From Octopus sinensis (Eukaryota): a DNA stretch of 64,000 nt. The DNA lies in NCBI RefSeq assembly GCF_006345805.1, contig NC_043006.1:37200001-37264000 (forward strand). The letters run 5' to 3'. The notes below the pieces were generated by a model that was given only the letters and a program-made list of their open reading frames with translations, had not been told where the DNA came from and made no database searches. How positions within the stretch are numbered: position 1 is the stretch's first letter; every line of letters begins with the position of its first letter. The position numbers and the translations under genes are program-made. This document shows, piece by piece, positions 51,999 through 64,000 of the stretch.

Positions 51999-54900
51999 TG
52001 TCTATCATCTATCTATCTGCCACAGCTGGATTGTTCTCTTAAAGTGGGATGGATATGGCTCTTCATACCTACATCGTTTTGCACAAATGTGGCAACAGTG
52101 CTTGTTTCTTGCAGCTGGTGTTCAGAGAGCTTACCACCCACACTGACACATGCCTTGCTTTCATAATAGAATTTTTGTGTGTCTATGTGGAGGTGCATGG
52201 CTTAGTGGTTAGGGTGCTGGACTCCTGATTGTAAGATTGTGGTTTCAATTCCTTAACTAAGCAATGCATTGTGTTCTTGAACAAAACACTTCCCTTCACA
52301 AAAATGAGCAATCCTGCGATGGACTGGTGTCCCTTCCAGGTGGAGAATGTATATGTCAGAAACTGGGAACTGAGTCTATATGACTAGAGAAGGATCTTTA
52401 TCCTTATATCATCACTGTCACCATTTATCATCCACTTTTTTAAGCTTGCATAGGTCAGATAGAATTAGTGGAGGCAGCTTTTCTAGATACCCTTCCTGCA
52501 GTAAACAAATTCCATCTAACCCTTACAAACATAGAAAAGTGGATTAAAAGTGGATCAACATGATGATATATATATTCTAGGATCTAACAATCCTCATATG
52601 TAATTTTTGTCAAATATTTCCCTACTGAGATTCTTAGCCATAAACACGAAATTTTTATTAATTCATTATTTGGTCTGAATTGAAACAATTTGTAGGATTA
52701 TATTTGTAGCTATATAATATAATAATAATATGTTATGTTAATTGTAAATCTATATTTTCTTTCCATTAGCCATAAACACTATATATAGTTAGTTAGTTAT
52801 GATGGCAAAAATAAATGTCTAAAGTTAGCAATCATATGATAGGCAGGGATAAATAGGAAGGCATTACAAAGGGAGAAAATTTACAAATGTTACATGGGAG
52901 ATAATTCCTAAATAAATTATTGCTGTGTAAATAAATTTATTGTGTACTGAGTTGTAGCATAAATCAAGTATTGAATTGTGGTGTGACACAGTATTGTGTA
53001 GCACAGTATATAGGAATATTCGAATGGTATAGTCTTACCTTGACAAGATCAATAGCTTTGGAAGAAAAGTCACAGCAGTATATCACAAGGTTAGGGTTAC
53101 TGAAATTAACAGAAATTAATAAAATTAGCTTTAACCCTTTCGTTACCGTATTTATTTTGAGATGCTCTGTGTTTCTTTCAATTAATTTAAAATATAACAA
53201 AGAATTTAGTAAAATAACTTAGTTATCATTAAGCTAGTGTTAGGAACATAAATTGTGACTAAGATTTGGTGGAAGATTTTAATTCAAAACTTATGGGAAC
53301 AAGATGTTTGTACTACAGAGCCAGAAGTGGTTTCAGCTGGGTTGGTATGAAGAGGGTTAAATAATAGAGGTAACGTGTGTATGCATACACACACACACAA
53401 ACTTAGACGATCAGACAGAGGCGAATCTTTTATGTCCCAAGATATTCAATGGAACCTTGGTTTACGAATGCCTCTCACCATGAAGAAATTGGTTTAGAGA
53501 CAATGTTTCAAACATAAAAATGTCTTGTGTGACAAATGATGTCTTGAATAAAGAACACACAGGGTAGCGACGAGCTGGGATTATCAACAAGAGGGTGTCA
53601 GTTTCTGTTGAGTTTCCATTCAGTGCACATCCCTGCTTCAATTCAATGTAGCTTCTCTTGAATTTCCTGTTGGAAAAATAGTTTTGGGAGACAAATGGTC
53701 TTCAGGAATGAATTAAGGTGGTAAATCGAGGTGTGTCATAGATTTAGCTTCTGTGAGATATCCCGTGATCAGGGCTTAAAGATTGTGTTGTTTAACCACA
53801 GGTCGTCTTTGACTGAGTTAACCTACAATGATCAAAATGTTCTATTATTATATATAATGTCATTTCAATTTTGAACTTATACTTTTCCATGCTTGCATGT
53901 GTTGGATGGAATTTATTTGAGACAGATTTTCTCCAGATGGATGCTCTTTCTGTCACCAACCCTTACCTGTTTTCAAGCACTGACAGATGTGTTTTTACAG
54001 AATAATATCAGAAATGAATGATATTGCTTGTATAACAATAACTATCACGTGATGTCAAAAAAGGGAGACACAACCCCCCACCACATATGTGTGTGTGTAT
54101 GCTTATCCGTATCACTATTTAATGTCCCCTTTTCCATGCTGGCATTGGTTGGATGGTTGAACAGGAGCTGATGAGCCAGAGGACTGTGTGAAGGGCATAT
54201 GTCTGTTTTAGCAGGGTTTCTACAGATTAATACCCTTCCTAACACCAACCAACTAACCAACCAACCAATGAAAATAAAAGTTAATTATTTTACCAATGCC
54301 TTTTAAATTCTCCGCTGCCACTTAAAATTCATTTTCCATACTGACATAGATTGGGGAATTTGGCAGGGGCTGGCAAATAGGAGAGCTGCACCCAGCTTCA
54401 ATTTCCTGTTTTGGCATGGTTTCTACAGCTTGATGCCCTTCCTAATACTAACCACTTTACAGAGTGTACTGGATGCTTTTTTTTTGTTGTGTTATCAGTA
54501 CAAATGGCATCACCAAGTAACTCATGAAACCACTTTGCAGTGTTGAGGTGCAATATTAAGGGGCATGGCTATGTGCTACATGTAGAGAGGCTAAAATAGG
54601 AAAAGGGGACAGAAACAGGTGTCCTGCTGTAGAGAGGTGATACATGGATAGGAAAATAAAACAAATAAAACTTGAAGGATCAATTATGAAACTTACTTGT
54701 TGGTTTTTAAGACTGGAAAAACTGTGTTGCCTGCACCACAGCCAACCTGACACAAAAAGGGAAAGAAACAGGGATCATTTGATAGCAGAGTAAGGAGAGA
54801 AGCTACTAAAAAACACACTAAGAAAATATAAAATAATCTACTATAATAATGCTCTTGTGTTTTTCTCTGTCACAACATATGAATGAGAAAGGAAGGGGTG

Positions 54901-57900
54901 ATGGCAAACTGGTAGTGGGATGATGGAAATTTTCACCATAGAATTTCCATTTAGTCGAAGGCCAGCAATTTTGAAGGGAAGTGTGTTAATTGTCACCATC
55001 AGCCCCAGTACTTCGTTGGTACTTTCTTTTATTGAACCCAGATGGATGGAAGGCAACATTGAATCTAGTGAGAATTGAACTTGGAATGAAAAGATTCACA
55101 ACTAAACATCGCCTCTACCAATTCTTCCAATTATAACAATAAAACACTTTTTGCAGTCTAGTGAGGTAGCCTTCATATTGGTCTTTCAAACTGGTAGAAG
55201 GAGCAGCCAAATTCTTCTCAAACTACATCTTGCTGTCTTAGAAAAAGAGGAAAGACACACTGAATAATGTAAATCTAGATACATTGACTTAAATTATGAC
55301 AGGATAGTCATGGAGAGAAGGCTTCGATTAGAGCTGACTTTAAACCCTTTTTTCTTATCTCAATTGAGAAAGAGAGAAAGAAATGTACAGTGATAGAGAT
55401 AAAGGTTAGAGGTATGTAGGGATGGATACAGTGAGTGGCAAAGATGGCAGATATGAGAAACACACACAAAAAAAAAAAGGAAAAGGAGAAAGGATGAAGA
55501 AAGACAGTAAAACTCCATTACTTCGAAGAATCTGTAGATTTTGTCAGGGTCGTCATTCACCTCTTCTTCACTCACAGTCACTTGAGGTATGATGGAAGTA
55601 GTGGTATTAGTGGAAGCTTGTGATGTTTCATGTTCATTCTCAACTTGTTCCTGCTCGCTGGGGCCTTCACATTGTTGTTGCTCTGGCTGTTGCTGCTCTT
55701 CTGGCACCAGATCACACTGCTCAGAACCGGAACAGGACTTGGATTCTGGTTCTGGTTCTGGTTCAGATTCTGATTCTGATTGACTGTTTGAAGGATGGGA
55801 ATTTGGTGGTTCGAGTTTCGCTTCTGGAGCTAACTCTGGAAACTCTGTGAAGAGCCAGTGCCGATCTTTGAAGAATTTATCCAGGTGTAACTGGTAAAAA
55901 TGGTCCCAGAACTCATAGGCCTTGTCTTCATATTCAACTGATTAAAAAAACAGAAAAGAAAATTTTAAAACATGAAAACATTCTTTTTATTCTTTTGTTT
56001 GTTTCAGTCATTTGACAGCAGCCATGCTGGAGCACTGCCTTTGGTCGAACAAATCGACCCTAGGACTTATTCTTTGTAAGCCTAGTACTTAATCTATTGG
56101 TCTCTTTGGCCGAACTGCTAAGTTACGGGGCATGTAAACACACCAACATCGGTTGTCAAGTGATTGTGGGGGACAAACACAGACACACATACATATATAT
56201 ATACAATGGGTTACTTTCAGTTTCCGTCTACCAAACCCACTCATAAGGCTTTGGTCGGCCTGAGGCTATAGAAGAAGACACTTGCCCAAGGTGCTAGGCA
56301 GTGAGACTGAATATGAAACCAAATGGTGAGAGAGAAGTAAAACAGTGCCAACCAAAAACCAAAACTTGGTTGCTATTTCAGACCACGACACGCAGAGTCA
56401 ATCAAAAGCACCCCTTATGATATGAAGGGCTTTTGAGGTGTTAGGGGTTGAAAGAGATGAGATCTAAACCATAAATCTGTAAAGTATAGATACAACCCTA
56501 TCATAAGTAACTTTCCCAGATGATTAGGGTAGAAATAAGGGTGCTCCTTAAAAAAAAAATTTTAAATGGAATTGTATTCTACTATAACTTCACACAGAAC
56601 AAAGTTCTGTGAATGGATTTGGTAGATGGAAACTGAAAGAAGCCCATTGTGTATATATATATATATGTTTGTGTGTGCATGTGGAGGTGTGTTTGTCTCC
56701 CAACATAATTTGACATCAGTGTTAGTGTGTTTATGTCCCTGTAACTTAGTGGTTTGGCAAAAAGAGACTGATAGCATAAGTACCAGGTTTAAATTAAAAA
56801 AAAAAAAAGTACTTCAAGGGTGTGCTCCAGTATGGCCACAGTCAAATGACTGAAACAAGTAAAGGATAGAAGATGAAAGGATAGAGATGAATGGTGACAA
56901 GGATCATCAAATGACCAACAAAGGTAGTAGTAGTAATGGTGGTGGTGGTGATAGTGACGGTAGTGGTAGTAGTAGAGAGGGTTTTGAAAGTGCTAGAAGA
57001 GGTAGTAGTGGTAAAGGTAGTGGTGGTAAAGAGGGTGAGCAGTTTAATTTGAATGGATATTCTTCTCTAACCTTGTTTCTCAAACGACACAAGGTCAGCA
57101 GCCTGTTCTTCGGTAATACGTCGAGCTTCAGATTCTTGTGATGCATCCCAGACTACATTGTCCCTGGATAGAAGAGTGAAAAGAAAAAAATATATATATA
57201 TAATAAATTCTCTTTTATACAAGCCATAACCCAAAAAAAAAAAAAAAAAGACACCGGTCTTCACCCATGACATACAAAATTTCAGAATCAACTAATAATA
57301 TTTTTGAACAACAATTAGGTGAGATTTTATTTATATATTTTATAAATTATTCAAAGGGGAAGGCCATTAGGCTTTCACTTGCAACCCTCCACCTTTGTAA
57401 GTGAGAATGAAGCAACCAATATCCATTCTGGACATCTGCAAGGCAATCATTGTCATCACCATCATCTTAATGTCCACTTTCCCATGCTTGCATGAATCAG
57501 ACAGAATTTGTTGAGGTAGATTTTCTATGGCTGGATATCTTTCTTGTCAGCAACCCTCACCTGTTTCCAAATAAGGTAACATTCCGGAGGCCAGACATAT
57601 TTCTTTTTACGGAAACTGGAAGCAAACAGCATCACCTGTACAACTGTGATGCTTGTTTATAACTAACATGGAATGTCAGGAGAAAGATATGCACACACCA
57701 GGCTTCTTTCTGTTTCTGGTTAAAATCCACTTACAAGGCTTGGGCTGTAGTAGAAAACACTTGCTCAAGATGCTGTGCAGTGGAACTGAATCCAAGACCA
57801 TATAGCTGGGAAGTAAGTTTCTTAACCACACAGCCATGCCTTCACCTTAGCTCTAAATATCATGGCTATGCTCCATATCATTCCATAAACTGTTGCTTAG

Positions 57901-60719
57901 ATTCAGCTATTTGTTTAGCTGCATGTGCTGTGACTTAGCATCATGTATTGAAGTTTAAGCTTCATAAAATTGTAGTTTAAGCACCTTAAAACTATAGTTC
58001 TACTCCATGTTCTATGGTTTAGTACCATTCATTATAGCTTAACTCCACATGCTGTGGTTTAGTCTCATGCATCATGGTTTTGTTCCTGAGCTGCTCTATA
58101 TCAACTAGAGTCTGTGGAATCAAACACAACATGTGATACCAAAAAGTAAGTAAGTCCCCTGCACATCACTCTCTCAAGTCCTAGGATTTATAAGGCTGGT
58201 TACCCTGTTTCTATGGTATGTAAGTTATTGAAATCACAACTCCCCTCACCTGAATGGAACGTTATCCCATCACAGGGTTCCTCATTTACAGCTGAGTGGA
58301 CTGGACCAATGTAAGATGTAAGTGTTTTACTCAAGAACACAACACATTGCCTGGTCTGGGAATTGAAACCATGATCTTGCGATCATAACTAATCACTAGG
58401 CTAAACATCATCGCATGATACCAAAAATAGTTCCTGAAATTAAATGGTTTATATGAGTATAAATGTGAAGGTGTGTGGCTCAGGGGTTAGAGCACTGGGC
58501 TTACAATCATGAAGTAGTGAGTTCGATTCCTTGACCAGGCTGTGTGTTGTATTCTTGAGCAAGACACTTTATTTCATATTGCTCCAGTTCACTCAGCTGT
58601 AGAGATGAGATATGATGTCACTGGTGCCAAGCTGTATCGGCCCCTTTGCCTTTCCCTTGAATAACATTGGTGGGGTAGAGAGGGGAGACTGGTGGTCTTC
58701 CATGAACAACCTTGTCTAGACTTGTGCCTCAGAGGGGAGCTTTCCAGGAGTAATCCCATGGTCATTCATGACTGAAGACGGGTGGGGGTGGGGTCTTTAT
58801 ATTTATGAGTATAAATCAGAAGAAAGATATGCACTAATAGTCAAAAAGTGAAGGTGCAATGGCCCAGTGGTTAGGGCAGCAGAGTCACAGTCATAAGATC
58901 GTGGTTTCGATTACCAGACTGGATGTTGTGAGTGTTTATTGAGCAAAAACACCTAAAGCTCTACAAGGCTCCGGTATGGGGTGGTGGTGAATCCTGCTGT
59001 ACTCTTTCACCACAGTTTTCTCTTACTCTTTCTTTGTTTCTGTTGTACCTGTATCTCAAAGGGTCAGCCTTGTCACACTCTGTGTCATGCTGAATCTCCC
59101 CGAGAACTACGTTAAGGGTACATGTATCTGTGGAGTGCTCAGCCATTTGCACGTTAATTTCACGAGCAGGCTGTTCTATTGATCAGATCAACTGGAACCC
59201 TCATCATCGTAACTGACAGAATGCCACAAATAATCAAATTACAGAATCAAGAATTTTTCATACTTTTCGTAGAAAATTATAAAATTGTAGGCTATTGCTT
59301 TATTAACACTTTTCATTACAATCTTTAATTTTTGAGAAAAATTTTATGTGGACAATAGAGTTATTGGTTATAGGTTACAAATGGGTTAATCATTGGTTTG
59401 ATGCATTTACTATGATTGCAAAGGCAACATTGGGACAACTGTGTAACTTAAGCAAAACACACACACACACATATATATATATATAGAGAGAGAGAAACAC
59501 ACACACTATATATATAAAGAAGGGAAAATGATGATGGGATAGTAAAAAGTGGAAGACTAAAGAAGAGAAAGGAGTACCTCATTGCTATCATCATCATCAT
59601 CATCATCATCACCATCACCATTTAATGTCAGTTTCCCATGCTGGCATGGATTAGATAGTTCAACAGGAGCTGATAAGCAAGCGGACGGTGCCCAGCTCCA
59701 GTGTCTGCTTTGGCCTGGTTTCTACAGCTGGATGTCCTTCCTCACGCCAACCATTTTACAGAATGTATTGAGTGCTTTGCATGTAGCACGATTACTAGTG
59801 AGGTCACCGTATAACTGACAAAGCAAGATCTCTCAAGGCAGCTGGGTACAGTGTATTGAGGAAATTGGGGCTTTAAGCCTGGTGATAAGAGGTTAAAGTA
59901 TGACAGAAGGGCAGGAACAGGTGTCTTGTAGAGAAACAACTATTTCTTTTTGTCTTTTTATACTTTGTGTTTGATCCCACTGTTTGACACATTGGCAAGC
60001 ATCTTCTACCATAGCCTGGAGGTTACCAAAGCCTCGTAAATGGAATTTGGTAAATGAAAATTGTGTGTAAGCCCATCAGATAAACTGTGTTTTATGTATG
60101 TTGTTGGATGGTAGATGTAAAATGTCAGTTTAACACCATTGTCTGTCCCTTAGATGATTTTATCAGAGACTAGGCTGTTAGAAGCATTTGAACCTGGTCA
60201 GAGGATAACTGTGTGTCTGGACAGGTGCTGCTTCCTTCAGCAGCAATCTATGAACTGGCAGCAGAATTGGAGGCGCTTCAAGGTGTTGTGGGTACTGCTC
60301 TCCTTCATCTGATAAGCTATAAATAAAATTAGGGATGGAAAAACAGAGAGAGAGAGAGAGAAAGAAAGGGGAAAAGAGAAAGAGAGTGATGGAGAGAAAA
60401 TAGAAGAATGTTAGGGAGTAAAGATAGCAACAAAGAGAAGGGAAGAGAGAGAATGGAAAATGCAATGAAAGGGAGTGAGTAAGAAGGATGAAAGGGAGGA
60501 AATAAAGAAAGAGTGGAAACACCCTTACCAATTATTGTGGCTAAATACTTTATTAGGGTCAGTGAGAGACCTAGCCCCACCCCTGGGACGTTGCTGAGAT
60601 GTAGAGCGTGATGAGCAATGCAAAATTTGTGGGATAGAGCGGTATATACAATACTGAAAGGACATCATGTGTCGATTCAGTAGGCTGAGTGTAAATCCAG
60701 AGACAGTACGAGATGCCAT
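44751..60719 (-). CDS. METTL2: tRNA N3-methylcytidine (m3C32) methyltransferase, METTL2/METTL8 family; 9 coding exons, 1272 nt, 423 aa
   Basis: Hand-spliced exons 60719-60529, 57163-57072, 55937-55522, 54746-54697, 53099-53039, 51404-51265, 49834-49728, 47701-47636, 44899-44751. All have GT/AG boundaries and compatible phases (2,1,0,2,0,2,1,1). Family motifs: [34 protein letters not shown] motif [84 protein letters not shown]. Confidence 0.95.
47636..47701 (-). CDS. METTL2: METTL2-family coding exon 8 (66 nt)
   Basis: cacacag|GT AGA TGC...ACC CAA G|gtaagt; [22 protein letters not shown]. Confidence 0.96.
48045..48610. mobile_element. Interspersed family E (CAT)n-TTTAAC..TTTCCATGCTGGCATGG...GGATGCCCTTCCTAACGCCAACC
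   Basis: About 14 copies, all in 42.9-63.1 kb, e.g. 42905, 46540(rev), 49930, 50370(rev), 50790, 54115, 54320, 57460, 59595, 61550(rev), 63000(rev). Confidence 0.75.
48917..49014. repeat. Perfect 36-bp inverted repeat in METTL2 intron 7
   Basis: cgtatttcaaaatagaaaattaccctttaacaggta ... tacctgttaaagggtaattttctattttgaaatacg. Confidence 0.85.
49728..49834 (-). CDS. METTL2: METTL2-family coding exon 7 (107 nt)
   Basis: tctcccgacag|G ATG CAA...AAG AAA G|gtaagc; [35 protein letters not shown]. Confidence 0.96.
51265..51404 (-). CDS. METTL2: METTL2-family coding exon 6 (140 nt)
   Basis: cttcaacag|GAA CAT CCA...AAC AA|gtaag; [46 protein letters not shown]. Confidence 0.95.
53039..53099 (-). CDS. 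METTL2: METTL2-family coding exon 5 (61 nt)
   Basis: aatttcag|T AAC CCT...GTC AAG|gtaag; [20 protein letters not shown]. Confidence 0.95.
53131..53360. mobile_element. piggyBac-like MITE (TTAA-CCC...GGG-TTAA)
   Basis: TTAA duplications at 53131-34 and 53357-60 with CCCT/AGGG termini. A related reversed copy lies at ~50080-50300. A second TTAA family occurs at ~46690-47548 and 62055-62290. Confidence 0.75.
54697..54746 (-). CDS. METTL2: METTL2-family coding exon 4 (50 nt, SAM-binding motif I)
   Basis: tttgtgtcag|GTT GGC TGT GGT GCA GGC AAC...AAC AA|gtaagt; [16 protein letters not shown]. Confidence 0.95.
55522..55937 (-). CDS. METTL2: METTL2-family coding exon 3 (416 nt)
   Basis: ttttaatcag|TT GAA TAT...TTC GAA|gtaatg; [38 protein letters not shown], then an acidic S/E/Q/P-rich linker, then KIYRFFE. 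Confidence 0.95.
57072..57163 (-). CDS. METTL2: METTL2-family coding exon 2 (92 nt)
   Basis: tctatccag|G GAC AAT GTA GTC TGG...AAA CAA G|gttag; encodes [30 protein letters not shown]. Confidence 0.92.
60529..60719 (-). CDS. METTL2: METTL2-family coding exon 1 ([64 protein letters not shown])
   Basis: ATG in GAAATGG context, 5 nt after an acceptor (ttttgtctgtatatttcag, exon start 60724), so an upstream exon exists. Donor TG|gtaagg. The C-terminal part matches the family RxLTDP..VFxHNxW motif. The start codon is inferred. Confidence 0.8.
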
Positions 60720-62940
60720 TTCTTCTGAAATATACAGACAAAAGACTTTTGTTGTTAGAATTAAAATGGAAGTATAGAATGAAGGGATCCTATTGTCAAA
60801 CAATGCTAATCCTATTTGGGAAGTCTGCTTAAGATAGATGAGGAGGCCCCTGTTTGTGACTGTAGACAGTTTTACCCGACATACAGCTTCCCCAATAGCA
60901 ACAGTTACAGTGTCAATAGGGAATGGCTGATTTGGTCCATATCATGGGCTGCAGAGAAAATAAATGTTCTGAAACCAATATCAAACAATTATAATAATCT
61001 AAAAACTTTGTATCATCATCATCATTTTAATGTCCACTTTTTCATGAGGTGGATTTTCTACAGCTGGACGCTTTTCCTGTTCCCAACTCTCGCCTGTTTC
61101 CAAGCAAGATGATATTTCCTCAGCAAATATATTTTTCATGGAAGACTGGAAGCGAACAACATCTCATGTGTGACAGTGATGCTTGTTTATAACGATTATG
61201 TAATATCAAGACAAGGGTACACATACACACACAAACACAAACAAAGGACTTCTACACTGTTTCTGTCTATCAAATCCACTCACATGGCTTTGGTCAGCCT
61301 GGATCTGTAGTAGAAGACACCTGGCCAAGGTGCTACACAGTGGGACTGAACCAGGAACCATGTGGTTGAGGAGCAAGCAGCTCAACCACACAGCCATGCC
61401 TGCACCATAAAGTTATAATATTCTAAAATCAGTATAAAACAGTTTAGAGGCAGTAAGATCAAGATTAAACAGGTAAATTCGAAAACTAAAACTGAAAAGT
61501 CATAGTTCCAAAACTAATATTAATCCTTTTCATAGAATATTCCTGTAGAAAAAAAGCACCCACTACACTCTCGAATTGGTTGGTGTTAGGAAGGGCATCT
61601 AGCTGTAGAAACATTGCTAGATCAGATTGGAGCCTGGTGCAGATGCTGGCTCTCCAGCCCTCAGTCAAACTGTCCAACCCATGCCAGCATGGAAAGCGGA
61701 TGTTATACGACAATGATGATGATGATGATGATAAACTGTTTTTGCTTCAATTAATTCTGAAAATGATGAAAAGTGAACTGGCAGAAGTGTTAGCAAGCCA
61801 AGTGAAATTCTTGGTTTGTGGCATTTTGTCCATATTTACGTTCTCAGTTCAATTTTGCAGAGGCTGACTTTGTCTTTCGTTCTTTCCAGGCTGATAAAAT
61901 AAAGTATCAACTGAATATTGGTGCTAACGATATCAACAAGACTTCCCTGCCCCACCACTGCCAAATAAAAAATTAGAAATTCAGGCCTTGTACCCATAGT
62001 AAAAAGGATTATTCAGACTGGAACAGAAATTAAGATGAAATTATGATGGAAGGTTAAACCCATAAAGCAATGTTCTGATTTCTTTCTGTTAAATGTAAAG
62101 CTTATTTATTCACTCTTTGTTTTGGATTAATCATGCATTATCTCAAAACTTCAAGATTTCAATGCTGAATCTGTTAATTCTTAGAATGACATTGTAGGGT
62201 AGGTGTGAGAGGCCAGATTTCGTTGCTCTGAGCATAAAAGAGGTTGAATATTTGGACCACATGTGGCTGGTTTAAATACTAAAAGGTTAAATTTAGGCAA
62301 CTTTTACAAAGAAATTTTGTAGCACTGAACCAATGATGTGTCCAGAAGGTTGGTATAAAAAGTATTAAATAATTATCATAATATTGAGTAGGGGGTTAGT
62401 CCAACAGCACGGCATCTTGGGCAAGTGTCTTTTACTATAGTTCAGGGCAGACCAAAGCCTTGTGAGGGGATTTGGTGGAGGGGAAACTGAAAGAAGCCCA
62501 TTGTGTGTGTGTGTGTCTATATATATATATATTAGGATCATTTATAGAAATACATAAATTGGGAGGAAAAGCACATTCTAAGATGTAGAGCAGTAAATAT
62601 AGTGGGGTAGGCTGGTTTATGGGGTTAACCTGGGTTTCTTGCTCACAGGTGGTTTAGCCTTAAGGCATATCTTCAGACCCAAAATACTGCTGGCCTGAGA
62701 GCTCTTTAAAATATGGTGGCTTTTCCCATTCCATGAGTAAGAAAACCAGGGTAACCCCATAAACCAGCTTACCCTACTATTAATGATGATGACGATACAT
62801 AGTCCCTGTGACTTAGCAGTTTGGTAAAAAAAAAAAAAGAATGACAGAATAAATACTGGGGTCAATTCATTCTACTAAAAAATTCTTCAAGGCGTTGCCC
62901 CAGCATGGCTGCAGTCTAATGACTGAAATAAGTAAAAAAG

Positions 62941-62982
<42 letters not shown>

Positions 62983-63714
62983 GTGAGTTTTATAGCTTGT
63001 TGAACCATGTCAAATCGTCCAACCCATGTCAGCATGGAAAACAGACATTAAATGATTTACGATTTGCACGTGTACCTCGATGTTTTGCAGTGAATTGGAA
63101 AATACTAAGATATTTAGAAAACCCTAGGTTTTCTCTTTTTCCTTCTTGTGTGTGTGTGTGCGTGTGTGTGTGTGTGCGTGCGTGCGCGCGCAACTCATCG
63201 GCCTTTGGTCGTAGATATACTGTCTGAAAGAAATAATGGATGTTACAGCAGGACTGACTGTGATTGCAAGTCTACTCGACCAGGGTCGATCTCCCGGGAC
63301 TAAAAAATCCTGTATTTACAAAAGCGACGTTCAGTTTATTAAGATTCTCATAAGCTTTTTACGATTAAATTTTTCATGTATGTTTATCATTAATATTGAT
63401 TTTTAACATAGGTGCAAGGTCACAACTATCGGGGATGGTGCAATTGATTATACCAATCCCAGAACTTGACTGGTGCTGAATTTTACTGATCCCAGAAGGA
63501 TGAAAAGTAAAGTTGATTCCGGCAAGATTTGAACTCAGAACAATAAGATACACAATTAAATAGTGCAAGCGATGTTATCAGTCACTCAATCGATCCTTCC
63601 AGTCCAACCGAGCCGTAATATTAAGAATGTATGATGAAATTCTGATTGCAGTCAGATAACTATTTTCGGTAGTTGTCGTTTAATGCATTCAACTCGAACC
63701 GAGCCAACGACAAA

Positions 63715-63915
63715 GCCTTTACATGGTCACTCATCTTGTTAGAGATAGCAGCCAAATCTCCCTCAAATTTTTAGTCTTAGAAAAGGCACGTTGCATAATA
63801 TGATCCTGGGTTCCCTGTATTCAGGGAAAAGACAAGATGGTTACAGCACAAAAGAAATGCCTTTGATTATACGTCTACCAGACCAGAACTCATCTGCAGT
63901 TAAACAAAAAATAGC
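63715..63915 (+). repeat. Abundant old interspersed family marked by CTAGAAATAGCAGCCAAAT...GGATGGTCAC...GGGCTGACCTGG..AAACAACAAC
   Basis: More than 12 degenerate copies on both strands, e.g. 9770-10145, 12630-12830, 24960-25170, 27705-27875, 39780-39970, 55190-55345. Confidence 0.7.
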
Positions 63916-64000
63916 AACTACCGTATTTTACGGTATAAAAAGACGCACCTGCATATCAGATGCACACCGATCTCAGCAGTGCATATTCAGGACAAAAGTT

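Noticed and set aside
55560-55820. Acidic S/E/Q/P-rich insertion in METTL2 as a novel domain
   Set aside because: METTL2/8 proteins have a variable low-complexity linker at this position; not unusual.
60725-60803. ORF-track N-terminal extension MFDNRIPSF... of METTL2 exon 1
   Set aside because: Starts at a non-ATG codon and runs through a polypyrimidine/AG acceptor, so it is intronic.

Overview
This is AT-rich, microsatellite-dense eukaryotic (animal) DNA. The tRNA-derived SINE families and the (TA)n/(TATG)n/(TATC)n density suggest a coleoid cephalopod, probably Octopus; that assignment is an inference. One protein-coding gene can be rebuilt by hand: a 9-coding-exon METTL2/METTL8-family tRNA m3C32 methyltransferase on the minus strand (44751-60719, 423 aa). 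All its GT-AG phases are consistent, and its N-terminus looks like a mitochondrial targeting peptide. The rest is mostly repeats: a full-length frameshifted mariner, a non-autonomous Helitron with duplicated PIF1-helicase remnants, pogo/Tigger, Tc1-like, hAT and RTE-LINE fossils, piggyBac-like MITEs, several foldback elements and dozens of modular SINEs. Most ORFs in the supplied track are microsatellite or SINE noise. The most unusual signal is a set of hammerhead-ribozyme-like motifs. Three share a NON-circularly permuted strand order, two of them with compensatory base changes (17964-18024, 18680-18745, 42659-42719). A tRNA-headed, TSD-flanked element carries Penelope-style inverted hammerhead repeats (36497-36906). 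Several more type I hammerhead-like motifs lie nearby. CpG decay in SINE copies marks a probable gene-body-methylated domain from about 41.7 to 63 kb. Repeat boundaries were read by eye and are approximate unless a TSD or TIR is cited.
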